This document shows positions 40,494-50,312 of a stretch of DNA of 64,000 nt, piece by piece. Origin of the DNA: an uncultured delta proteobacterium. Its GTDB lineage: Bacteria > Myxococcota_A > Polyangia > Polyangiales > Polyangiaceae. The translations under genes and the position numbers were made by a program. Location: contig CAWAIF010000003.1 in NCBI GenBank assembly GCA_963782055.1, forward strand, positions 2,496,001 to 2,560,000, in the 5' to 3' direction. Numbering within the stretch: position 1 is the first letter of the stretch; every line of letters starts with the position of its first letter. Below the pieces are notes generated by a model. That model ran no database searches. It was not told the origin of the DNA and was given only the letters and a program-made list of their open reading frames with translations.

Positions 40494-42201
40494 ATGATGT
40501 GTGGAAACAGGGGGGGGGCGTCGCACACGTCCTCTATCGCGCTACGGTGCGCGCTTCGTCCTGGTCAGCTTGATCGGGCTGGCTGCGGCGACAGGTAGCA
40601 TGGCATGCTCGTCGTCGGCCCCGCCGGAGACCGTGGGTTCCACGTCGAGCGCGGTCACGGTGGCACCCAACACTCCGGTGGAGACTGACTACGGCTACGA
40701 CACCACGAGCGTCGCCGTGTACAGCGGGGCGTGGATCAGCGTGTGCGGGGGCGGCGGTGCCTGTGGCCCCTTCGAGATCGTGGGCATGCAGGACGACGTC
40801 CCCGCGGACTGGAGCCAGAGCTTCCGGAACCTCGACGCTTACGCGACGTCGGAGGAGGCTCCCAACACGATCCACACGTCGGCCGAGTGGGGCCTGCCGT
40901 CGGAGGCGCCCTCCTACCCGGACACCTTCACAGGGTACACCGGCCATCCGAACATGGTGAGCGTCGACGGCTACAACTTCGACTACGTCGGGCTCGGAGC
41001 GACCGGCACCGGCTACCTGAACACCGAGGTGACCGTCCACGGCTTCCGCGAGGATCAGACCCACTTCCTCACGACGACGCTCAACCCGGCCATCTATCCC
41101 TTCCTCTCGACGAGCGGCAGCCCCGGCGGCTACCCGACGAACACTATCACCGACGTGTCGGTCGCCGCGGATCCCGCTTCCGGTCTCGTCTGGGTGCTCT
41201 GGACGATCCCGCAGTACTGCGACCCCGCCTTCGGGTGCGGGCCCGACGCGCGGACCCTGCTGACCAACTACCACTTTGACGCCGCGGGGGGCTTCGTTCA
41301 CGGCCCGACGTGGAGCCTGACGTACACCTCGCCCACAGGAGGCACCTTGCCGGTCGCGCCGGTCGGGCTGACGCGCATGGCGTTGAAGTCGATGGGCGGT
41401 GGGCCGCCCCTGCTGTACATCGGGTGGCCCGATGAGCCCGACATCACCTGGACCTGCAACCCCTCGTACCCGCTCAACTGGCACGTCACCACGGTCCAGC
41501 CCTCGACCGATCCCTCGGGGCACTCCCAGCCGCCCGTCGTCACCGACCGGATCGTCCTGAGCGATCCCTACCACCAGAACTGCGCCAACGTGGCGTCGCC
41601 CAACCCTGGGTACACCTCCGGACGGCCGGCGATGTTCTATGACGCGCAGTCGGACGAGGTCTGGCTCCTGGCGAACAAGACCCAGTACTACAACGGGTAC
41701 AACTACGGCATGCGCGTGGTCTTCGCGTTCGACGACGGGAACTACCAGGGCCCGATCACTGGGTACTACCAGTCGTGCGCCACCCCTCGTCGGATCCTGC
41801 CCGACGGCACCGGCGACGGCATCCAGTGTTTCCAGTGGGATCCCGGGGCGACGGTGTCCCCTGTGCCCGAGCAGCAGGGCAACATCGCGATCTACACGTG
41901 GCGAGAGGCGGCGCCGGCGGACGGCTACAAGGTGAACTACTGGGGTTCCTCCTTCACTCCGCTGCTGCCGCTCAACCAGACCTTCTTCAAGGTGGCCCAG
42001 TTTGCACAGCCCGGCATCGAGGTGCCCTGGTTCCAGACCAACCCCATCGACTACGCGGCCATGCCGTGGGGAAGGTACGACGGGATCGCCGCGGACCCCG
42101 CGACCGGTACCTTCTTCGCTGCCTGGACGGACAACCGGGCGGACGCGCCGAGCAACCGGCGCTCGAACGTATGGACCACCACCATCCAGTCGCCATGGTG
42201 A
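40494..42201 (+). CDS. Large exported lipoprotein, BNR/propeller-like; G9 tract near the 5' end
   Basis: Lipobox SMAC; WGRYDGIA...FFAAWTDNR C-terminus. The SD-led ATG at 40494 is out of frame by one G (tract 40510-40518); an in-frame GTG lies at 40501. Confidence 0.75.
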
Positions 42202-42485
42202 GCCGGAAGTGGATCATCGCTGCCGCGCTCGTCGCGCTGCCGCCGTACCTCTGCCTGCACTGCGGCGGCAAGACGGAGACGGTCCAGGAGCCGCCGCAAG
42301 GGCACTGGTGTCACGAGAAGCTGGGGCTGCTCGACGCGGCCCCGGATCCGGTGACCCCCATCGATTTCTACTGCGAGGCGGGGTCCGTGTGCTCCGTCAA
42401 CTGCAACGACATGGAGTACCATTGCCTCTACGTCCCCGACGTGTTTCTGGAGCAGGGGACCCCGCACTGCGGACCGGACCTCTGA
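42195..42485 (+). CDS. Small Cys-rich lipoprotein (family C)
   Basis: Overlaps the upstream stop; signal ending LHC-GG; 6 further Cys. Confidence 0.75.
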   Translation: MVSRKWIIAAALVALPPYLCLHCGGKTETVQEPPQGHWCHEKLGLLDAAPDPVTPIDFYCEAGSVCSVNCNDMEYHCLYVPDVFLEQGTPHCGPDL

Positions 42486-42557
42486 GTCGCACGGACACCC
42501 GGACTTGCGTGCGCCCGCGCATCTCGCGCGGGGCGCAGGCCCGGCCCCACCGCGCAC

Positions 42558-42694
42558 AGGATCACTGGGGGAGGTGGCGGCGTGCTTCGAGGTCGCCGCG
42601 GCCCTCCGGTACACGGGCGAGATGGACGCGGCGATGCGGCGGCGGTTCGACCACGTGCTCGGCACGGCTGGTCCGGCTCGTCGGCGGTCACTGA
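42558..42694 (+). pseudogene. 3' remnant of a four-helix-bundle gene, paralog of 38013-38336
   Basis: GSLGEVAACFEVAAALRY...[16 protein letters not shown] matches the C-terminus of the 38013 gene, with a frameshift. Confidence 0.8.
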
Positions 42695-42800
42695 GCGTGA
42701 CTCCTGGGTTCCGATGTTCTGGGGTTCCGTCTGCGGGCGCGGGGCGATGGATGACGGGTCAAGGGTTGTTCGCCCCGGCGCGCGCGCGTAGGCTCCACGC

Positions 42801-44486
42801 ATGAGCTCGCGCAAAGGCGTGTTCCTCTCCGCCGCGGGTGCGGCCGCCCTCGTCGCCGCCGCGCTCTCGGCCGCATGCGGGAGCGACGACACGGCGGCGT
42901 CGCGCTTCGACGGCGGCGCGATGGACGCGGGCGACGATCTGCAGCTCGTCACCGACGGGATCGCCCCCGTCGACGCTCAGCAGGGGCCGTACTCCGACTT
43001 CCCGCAGGACCCCATCGTCGTCTCCGGCGACGGCGGCGCCGGCGCGCCGAACGACTCGTCCACCCTCTTCGGCGATCCCGACGGCGGCGCCGGGAGCGGC
43101 GGCCCGTGCCTCGTCGAGCCGGAGGTGGGCGCGCTCTACCCGCAGAACTGGCTGCGCCCGCGCTTCCACTGGATCGCCCCCGGCGGGGAGAACCTCTTCG
43201 AGGTGCGCGTCCACGCCGACAACCAGCAGAACGATCTGGTCGTCTACACGACGTCCACCATTTGGACGATGCCCAAGGCCCTCTGGGACGGCCTCCGGAT
43301 GCACTCCGCCGACGTGCCCATGACCATCCGCGTGCGCGGCGGCGTCTTCGACGGCAAGAGCCTCACCGCCGTCGCGCTGGGCTCGACGGGGCCGATCGGC
43401 ATCGCGCCGGTGGAGGCGCCGGGGAGCGTCGTCTACTGGACCACCAAGCCCAACCCGCTGCTCAAGGGCTTCTCCATCGGGGACGAGACCGTGGGCGACG
43501 TGCTCACGCCCTCGCAGGTCTACGAGCGCGGGAAGAACGGTGTCGCGTGCATCGGCTGCCACGCCTCCACCCCCGACGGCAAGTACGCGGGCGCCGTGGT
43601 GTTGCAGAGCAACCCCAACAACAACAGCATCGCCGGCGTGGAGCAGGGCAACACCGGCAACCCGCCGCCCTTCCTCGCCGCCGGCGGCAAGGCGGCGATC
43701 GACTCCATGCAGGGCGTCCCCGCCTACAGCAAGGCGCACTGGGGCTCCGGCGATTACATGGAGCTGCTGCTGAGCGGCAAGAACCTGGCGTGGGTCCAGC
43801 TCGACGCCGCGCAGGCGGGGCAGGGGAATGCCTGGGACGTCCTCGCCCGGAGCGGCGACGGCAACGCCGCGGCGATGCCGACGTGGAGCCACGACGGCAA
43901 CACCATCGTCTACGTGTCGACCAAGGGCAGCGTGCCCGACGGCCGCGTCGCGGCGGGGCCGATGGATCTCTTCTCCGTCCCGTACAACAACCGCGCGGGC
44001 GGCGCGGCCAAGCCCGTCGCCGGCGCGAGCGACCCCGACGCCATCGAGTATTACCCGGCGTTCTCGCCGGACGACGCGTGGCTGGTCTTCAACAAGGTCG
44101 CCGGCGCCAGCTCCAGCGCCTACAACAACGCCGCCGCGGAGGTCTACCTCGTGCCCTCCGCCGGCGGCACCGCCACGCGCCTCGCCGCCAACGACCCGCC
44201 CGCGTGCACTGGCAAGAAGAGCCCGGGCGTCACCAACAGCTGGGCCAAGTGGGCGCCCAGCGTCGGCAAGACGAAGGACGGGCGCTCCTTCTACTGGATC
44301 GTCTTCTCCTCCACACGCGACGAGAACGGCAACCCGCAGCTCTACGTCTCGCCGGTGGTGGTGGACGGCAAGGGCAAGGTGACGACCTACCCCGCGCTCT
44401 ACCTCTGGAACCAGCCGGCCGACGAGAACAACCACACCCCGGCGTGGGACGTGTTCAAGATCCCCCCGCCGCCCCCGCCGAACTGA
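42801..44486 (+). CDS. TolB-like/PD40-repeat lipoprotein
   Basis: Lipobox LSAAC; CIGCH; PTWSHDG, YPAFSPDD, WIVFSSTR. Confidence 0.85.
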   Translation: MSSRKGVFLSAAGAAALVAAALSAACGSDDTAASRFDGGAMDAGDDLQLVTDGIAPVDAQQGPYSDFPQDPIVVSGDGGAGAPNDSSTLFGDPDGGAGSGGPCLVEPEVGALYPQNWLRPRFHWIAPGGENLFEVRVHADNQQNDLVVYTTSTIWTMPKALWDGLRMHSADVPMTIRVRGGVFDGKSLTAVALGSTGPIGIAPVEAPGSVVYWTTKPNPLLKGFSIGDETVGDVLTPSQVYERGKNGVACIGCHASTPDGKYAGAVVLQSNPNNNSIAGVEQGNTGNPPPFLAAGGKAAIDSMQGVPAYSKAHWGSGDYMELLLSGKNLAWVQLDAAQAGQGNAWDVLARSGDGNAAAMPTWSHDGNTIVYVSTKGSVPDGRVAAGPMDLFSVPYNNRAGGAAKPVAGASDPDAIEYYPAFSPDDAWLVFNKVAGASSSAYNNAAAEVYLVPSAGGTATRLAANDPPACTGKKSPGVTNSWAKWAPSVGKTKDGRSFYWIVFSSTRDENGNPQLYVSPVVVDGKGKVTTYPALYLWNQPADENNHTPAWDVFKIPPPPPPN

Positions 44487-44598
44487 GAGGATGTGATGTG
44501 CGGAGAGGTGGGCAACTGCCGCATAGTGGTTCCACGCTAGGAGTTTTGCGTTGTAGATCAGCTTGCGCCAGCGTAGCCTCGTACCGAGGAGGTGGGGC

Positions 44599-46603
44599 AT
44601 GGGCAAGACTCGGCGAATCGCCATGAGCATGGTGGCTACGGCATCGGCGCTTGCGTTCGCGAGGTGCAGCCCGGCCCCCCCCCCCCAACAAGCCGCCGTT
44701 CGTGTTCGAGATCCGGGGCCCCGGCGCCGACGCGACGGGCGGAGGTAGCGCCGGAGAGGTCGTGCTCTTCCACTACTCAGGACCGAAGTCGGCCGGCTTC
44801 GAGGAGCTGAGCTACGCCTTCGGCAGCCAGGACTTCGGGGCGGCACCCTTCGCGTCGCTTCAGGGCGCCAACCAGGCGTCCTTCCCCATCCGCGCCATCC
44901 TCGACTCGGCCGACAATCCCACCTCCCTGCCGGCCATCCCGCTCTCCCCCAAGCCGTACGACGTCACGGTGTTCGCCTTCGATCCGGAGCGTCGCTTCGA
45001 GGATCTCGGTCACGCCCTCGACGACGCGACGTGGAAGTCGCTGACGCGCACGGCCGGTCTCGTGACGTTGCCCGACGGGCTCGGGCTGCCTTCGACGCTC
45101 GTCCCGTTCGGGTCGACCCCGACCGACCTTCGCGTCACGCCGGCGGCGTTCAGCGAGGCGCAGGGGCCGCTCGCGGGCGAGGCGGCGCTGCCGTTCGGCG
45201 CGGGGAGTGTCAAGGCGGCGCGGCTCGTGCAGGACGGACTGTGCTCGCAGTTCGTCCCCTACTCCACCTTCTTCCAGCCGATCGATGCCGGAATCCGCCA
45301 GGCGCTGCTCACGGGTTACGGGTCGGCCTGTTACAAGAGCGACGGCACCAGGACGGACGGGTACGGCCAGATTTCCGCCGAGAACATGGTGAGCTTCCTG
45401 GGCCACGAACCGTTGGTTCCTTCGAGCGTCCGAGGCGGGTTCCTGCTCAATCTCGACGTGACGGTGAAGAGCGCCGCGTTCCCTCTCCAGTTCGTGAGCG
45501 GATCCGATCAGACCTGCCGGATCCAGACCACGGCCGGGTACGAGCCGTACCTCGACAGCTACGGCGTGCTGAACGTACAGACGGGCGTGGGGGTCTACCA
45601 GCAGAAGAACTTCGCCGGCGACTACCTTCCTGGCCTCGAGCAGCACTCCGATACCCTGGCTTGTCGGGGCTTGACCATCGCGCTGCCCTTCCCGCCGTAC
45701 ACGGCAACGTTCGACGGCTTCTCGGCGATCTTCCAGCAGGCACTGCAGAACGACGTTCCCTCCCAGGTGCGAGCACGGGCGGAGGCGAGTCAGTATTACC
45801 CGCCAGTGTGGGACACGAGCTTCGACGACGACGCGACATGGTATTGCGATCCCACGGAGTACGATTCTGCTTACACGTGTCCGCCTCAAACCGAGGACCG
45901 GTGTGGGACTGTTGCGGACATCGTTGGAGGGGCGGCCAAGGCAAGCGCCATTGCCTTCGGGATGGACGCTGCGGCCGCCGAGACACTTCGCCTCAGTATC
46001 GTGGCGAAGGATGGAAACTCGCAACGGCTTCTGCGCTGGCGGTGCGTGGGCCGTCCCGCCACCGCTGGTTCACCGAATCCGCAGGCGTGCGTCGACCCGC
46101 ACAAGGGTCGGTGCGAGTTCATCGTGCCCATCAAGAGGCTGAATACTCGGCCTGACGGGATCGAGGCGGTGTTCTTCGATCGCGAGGACGATGCCAACAA
46201 CGCCGCGCTCGCCATCTTCTTCGCCTCCTTCTATGACGCGAAGACGGACTCGACCGACGTGACGAGCACGGCGTATCGAGCGCTGTGCTCCCTCGGGCGT
46301 CCGAGCGTCGACAATCCGAGCGTCGACACCCGTCGGTTCGAGCCCCGGCCGTTTGCGAAGCTCGCCGGAAAGCCGTCGATCTGCGATCAGACTCTGGGTC
46401 TCGGTCCTCCTCCCGAGTGCGCCCTGGATTGTGGGGATCTGGCGAGTCCTACGGCCTGCTCGACGAACGCCGACTGTACCGGCCTGTACATGCAGGGTCG
46501 TAGTTGCCCTGGAGGAGCGTGTGCATGCGTCAACCGCGTGTGTAGCCCCCGATGCTTCACGGCGCCGCCACCACGCGCGGCGTGTGGTCCAAGCCCGATG
46601 TGA
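44599..46603 (+). CDS. Large exported protein with a Cys-rich C-terminus; signal peptide separated from the body by a C12 tract frameshift
   Basis: SD GGAGGTG then ATG 44599 gives MGKTRRIAMSMVATASALAFARCS. C11 instead of C12 (44675-44686) joins it to the 650-aa ORF. Confidence 0.7.
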
Positions 46604-46613
46604 GCGGTGCCAT

Positions 46614-47402
46614 ATGACCAGAGGAACCCCGCTCGTCCACGTTGTCGTGCTAGCAACGCTTCTCTCCTGCGGCGGAACCGTCCAGGGCTCCTCCGATGCG
46701 GGCCCCGATGCGTCCGGCGACACCGCGGACGACGTCGCACGTGACGACGCGGGGTACGGCCAGTGCACCTCGCCCTCCGGCTACCGCGTGTGCGGCGGCA
46801 CGGGGCAATGCACGTACGTGGAGGGAGCCAACCGGTGCATCTGCTGGGGCAAGGAGACGAGCTCTCAACCGAATGTCTGTGGCGACAACAAGCTCATCGA
46901 TCAGGGGTACGACGGCGCCATGTGCAACACGTGCCCCGACGGTTCGCTCTGCGGCGACTTCGGCCTGCTCGCGACCCCGGACGGTGAGCTGAGCTGCATG
47001 CCCTACGAGATGGGCATCCTCTACCTCAAGAACGGGGCCACCACCGACCGCATCCGCTACTACGACCGCGGTCTCTTCGACGGCGGGCCAATCCCCAATC
47101 CGACGGTGTGCCCCTCCCTTCCCGGCATCCGTGTGTGCGGAGGGAGCTGCGGCGGGTGCCCGCTGGGCCAGTACTGCGTCGGTCGATCGCCGCTCCATCC
47201 GGTCGGCTTCTGCTACACCCCCGGCCAGCCGGACGTCTGCAGCCCCGGCAAGCATGCGTGCAGCGATGGCCGGCCGTGCTTCACCTTCAAGGTCGAACCG
47301 GAGGCGCAGCCGATCGCCGACAAGAACGGTCTCTGCATACCGCTCGCGCTCTGCCAGGCGCTCGCGCAGTCGCTCCCCGGGGGAGGCACGTGCACGCCGT
47401 GA
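46614..47402 (+). CDS. Cys-rich lipoprotein (family D, copy 1)
   Basis: Lipobox LLSC; CTSPSGYRVCGG, CNTCPDG, RYYD, CGGSCGGC, CVGRS. Confidence 0.8.
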   Translation: MTRGTPLVHVVVLATLLSCGGTVQGSSDAGPDASGDTADDVARDDAGYGQCTSPSGYRVCGGTGQCTYVEGANRCICWGKETSSQPNVCGDNKLIDQGYDGAMCNTCPDGSLCGDFGLLATPDGELSCMPYEMGILYLKNGATTDRIRYYDRGLFDGGPIPNPTVCPSLPGIRVCGGSCGGCPLGQYCVGRSPLHPVGFCYTPGQPDVCSPGKHACSDGRPCFTFKVEPEAQPIADKNGLCIPLALCQALAQSLPGGGTCTP

Positions 47403-48202
47403 AGGGCGGGCTCCTCGCGACGGTCATCGTGGCGTGCGGCGCGCGCACCGGGCTCGGCGGTGGAGACGGTAACGGCGGCGTGGCCTGGCTCCCGCACCCG
47501 CTCTGCGAGTCGGCGAGCGGCGTGCGCCTCTGCGGCGGCAGCCCGCCGTGTCCGGAGATCCCCGCCCCCGAGTGCCGTGGCTACGCGTGCGAGCACGGCG
47601 CGGACGTGGTGACGAGCGCGCCGGCGTCGGGTGGCGCGTGCCTGTCCGACACGCCGGGCGACGCGAGCTCCCTCTGCCACGCGTGCCCCGACGGCGACGC
47701 GTGCCTGCTGCGGCCCACGGGCGATTTGGTCTGCGTGCCGGCGGACGTCTGCCACGCGCTCTGGGACATCGGCGTGCGCGACGTGTGCCGCTACGCCGAC
47801 AAGAGCGCCTATGACGATCGGCCGCTCGCCGAGGGCGGCAAGTGCCCGTGGTCGCTCGGGGATCCGATGCGATGGGCGCTCTGCGGCGGTGGGTGCGGCG
47901 CGTGTCAGGAGCCCACATGGTCGTGCACCGGACGCTCGGCGACGCGCGGGTGGGGTATCTGCCAGACGAGCACGTTCAAGCCGACCATCCCGTCGTGCAG
48001 CCTGACCCCGAGCGGCAGCGTGGTGAGGTGGTGCGACACGCAGTTTCCCGACGGCTGGGCGTGCGGCGTCTATCGGAACGCGCCGACGGACGTTGCCGCG
48101 AGCCGCCTCTACGGCACGTGCCTCGGCCCGGCGCTCTGCGTCCGTCTGCGCGGCATCCTGGGGCTGGACTGCTACGACGCGTCGGGCGTGCTGATCCAGT
48201 GA
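47399..48202 (+). CDS. Cys-rich lipoprotein (family D, copy 2)
   Basis: GTGA overlap; IVAC-GARTGL; CESASGVRLCGG, CHACPDG, RYAD, CGGGCGAC, CTGRS. Confidence 0.8.
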   Translation: MKGGLLATVIVACGARTGLGGGDGNGGVAWLPHPLCESASGVRLCGGSPPCPEIPAPECRGYACEHGADVVTSAPASGGACLSDTPGDASSLCHACPDGDACLLRPTGDLVCVPADVCHALWDIGVRDVCRYADKSAYDDRPLAEGGKCPWSLGDPMRWALCGGGCGACQEPTWSCTGRSATRGWGICQTSTFKPTIPSCSLTPSGSVVRWCDTQFPDGWACGVYRNAPTDVAASRLYGTCLGPALCVRLRGILGLDCYDASGVLIQ

Positions 48203-48231
48203 CGCGGCCGCCGCGGTGGAGCGTGCGGGCC

Positions 48232-48269
48232 TCGCCAATATCGGCGGTCCAGGTCGCCAATATTGGCGG
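48232..48269. promoter_or_regulatory. Two palindromic 16-mers at 22-bp spacing, candidate operator
   Basis: TCGCCAATATCGGCGG and TCGCCAATATTGGCGG just upstream of the ferredoxin ATG. Confidence 0.5.
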
Positions 48270-48281
48270 GGCGCTGCTACC

Positions 48282-48617
48282 ATGCCCGCCGTGCCCCACC
48301 GCGAGCGTTACCTCTTCGTCTGCACCAACCGGCGCGATCCGGACAACCCCAAGGGCTCGTGCGCCCAGAAGGGCTCGGAGGAGCTGGTGCCGCGCTTCAA
48401 GCAGCTCCTCAAGCAGAAGGGCCTCGCCCTGCGCCTGCGCGCGTGCTCCACGAGCTGCCTCGACCTCTGCGAGAGCGGCGCGACGGTGCTGCAGGAGCCC
48501 GATCACGTCGCCTACGGCGGGGTGACCCTCGCCGACGTGGAGGAGATCGTGGACGCCGCCGCGGAGGGGAAGGTCGTCGGGCGCCTGGTCGTGGCGCCGA
48601 AGCCGGAGGGAGAGTGA
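48282..48617 (+). CDS. Thioredoxin-like [2Fe-2S] ferredoxin
   Basis: YLFVCTNRR...GSCAQKG...SCLDLCESG. Confidence 0.9.
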   Translation: MPAVPHRERYLFVCTNRRDPDNPKGSCAQKGSEELVPRFKQLLKQKGLALRLRACSTSCLDLCESGATVLQEPDHVAYGGVTLADVEEIVDAAAEGKVVGRLVVAPKPEGE

Positions 48618-48618
48618 G

Positions 48619-49062
48619 ATGCCCGGGTTCCGATTCGCCGAGACGATGCGCGGCAGCTACCACCTGCTCGCCGACCCCACCGACGAGCGCGCGATGGAGT
48701 TCACCATCGAGGCCAGCGTCCGCGGCCTGCGCCGCTTCTCCAGGGACCTGAACGCCGCCATCCGCGGGCGGGTCGTGATGGAGGGCTTCGCCGACGCGCC
48801 CATCGAGGGCACGCTGGGCATGAAGGTGCTGCGCGAGCGCCGCCTGCCCTACGAGTTCGGCTTCGTCGCCGCCGACGGCAAGCGCTACACCTTCCGCGGC
48901 CAGAAGGACGTCACCCTGCTGGACATCCCCGGCTCGATGACGGTGCTCCCCGCGAGCCTCTACGACGCCGAGGGCGAGGAGATCGCCCGCGCCACCTTGC
49001 GCTTCGACCTGCGCGGCGACATCGTGAGCTTCCTGCGCTCCTTCCGCCCGCGCGTGCTGTAG
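48619..49062 (+). CDS. Hypothetical protein
   Basis: 147-aa ORF in the operon with host codon usage (GFRFAETMRG...YTFRGQK). Confidence 0.75.
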   Translation: MPGFRFAETMRGSYHLLADPTDERAMEFTIEASVRGLRRFSRDLNAAIRGRVVMEGFADAPIEGTLGMKVLRERRLPYEFGFVAADGKRYTFRGQKDVTLLDIPGSMTVLPASLYDAEGEEIARATLRFDLRGDIVSFLRSFRPRVL

Positions 49063-49071
49063 AGGTCTCGC

Positions 49072-49635
49072 ATGGAACGACTCGTCCCCGCGCACACCGC
49101 CCTGCTCGTCGTCGACGTGCAGGAGAAGCTCGCCCGCGTCATGCCGGAGGCGGCGCTCGAGCGACTCGTGCACAATACACTGATCCTGCTGGAGGCCGCG
49201 CGCCTGCTCGGGGTGCGCGTCGTCGCGACCGAGCAGTACCCCAAGGGCCTCGGGCCCACGGTGGCGCCGCTGCGGGAGAAGCTCGGGACCATGGGGATCG
49301 AGCCCATCGAGAAGCTGGACTTCGACGCGCTGGCCGAGCCGCGCGTGGCGCAGGCGCTCGCCGCCGGCCCGAGCCGCGTGCAGCGGGTCGTCGTCGTCGG
49401 GATGGAGTCGCACATCTGCGTCTTCCAGACCGCGCGCGAGCTCGCCCGCCGCGGCTACGGGCCGCAGGTGGTGGAGGACGCCGTCGCCTCGCGCCGGGAG
49501 GAGAGCCGCCAGGCCGGCCTGCACCTGTGCGAGCGCGCCGGCGCGGTGCGCACCGTCACCGAGACCGTCGTCTTCGACCTGCTCGCCCGCGCCGAGGGCG
49601 ACGCCTTCAAGGCGCTGTCGAAGCTGGTGAAGTAG
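49072..49635 (+). CDS. Isochorismatase-family hydrolase
   Basis: LLVVDVQEKL, TEQYPKGLG, GMESHICVFQT. Confidence 0.93.
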   Translation: MERLVPAHTALLVVDVQEKLARVMPEAALERLVHNTLILLEAARLLGVRVVATEQYPKGLGPTVAPLREKLGTMGIEPIEKLDFDALAEPRVAQALAAGPSRVQRVVVVGMESHICVFQTARELARRGYGPQVVEDAVASRREESRQAGLHLCERAGAVRTVTETVVFDLLARAEGDAFKALSKLVK

Positions 49636-49648
49636 CTCCGGATCGCCG

Positions 49649-50248
49649 CTACTTCCACAGCGAGCCGAGCGCGAGCTCCACCGCGTCGAACGGCTCCGCG
49701 CGGACGCGCGCCTCGTCGCGCCACACGCCGACGAGGTTCCACTCGGTGGTCTTGCGGCGCTTCTTCGCGCGCGACGGCGGCACGTGGCGAAACACCTCCA
49801 GCGTGCGCGCGACCGGATCGACGAGCCACACGTGCGGGATGCGTTCGCGCGCGTGGATGGTCATCTTCTCCGAGCGGTCGAGCGCGCGCGTCGAGTCGGA
49901 CAGGACCTCGCACACCCAGTCGGGCGCGAGGGTGAAGAAGACCACGTCGGGCACCTCCGGCATGCGCTCGCGACGCCAGCCGGCGAGGTCCGGAACCAGG
50001 ATGTCCTCCTCGCGCCTCGGACCGAAGTGCAGCTCGGGCTCGTCCAGAAGGATCCAGCCTCCCGGACCGCCCCTGCCGTCGTCGAAGGGCGGGCCGAGCT
50101 CCACGCCCAGGCGTGACGAGGCGCGCGTGTGCTTCGCGGCCGGACGCGGGTGGGTGTACAGGACGCCGAAGAGGACCTCGGCCACCACGTGCTCCGGAGC
50201 GGCGAGCACGTCGTCGTAGGACGCGCGCGGCTTCGGACGAGCGATCAC
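49649..50248 (-). CDS. Uma2-family (DUF820) endonuclease-like protein
   Basis: GWILLDEPELH, VPDLAGWRRERMP, APDWVCEVLS, WLVDP. Confidence 0.92.
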   Translation of the reverse strand: MIARPKPRASYDDVLAAPEHVVAEVLFGVLYTHPRPAAKHTRASSRLGVELGPPFDDGRGGPGGWILLDEPELHFGPRREEDILVPDLAGWRRERMPEVPDVVFFTLAPDWVCEVLSDSTRALDRSEKMTIHARERIPHVWLVDPVARTLEVFRHVPPSRAKKRRKTTEWNLVGVWRDEARVRAEPFDAVELALGSLWK

Positions 50249-50312
50249 GCCGCAAGCATACGACGACGACGCGGTCCGGGCGAAGCACCCTCGAGGGTCG
50301 ACGGTCGAGTGA

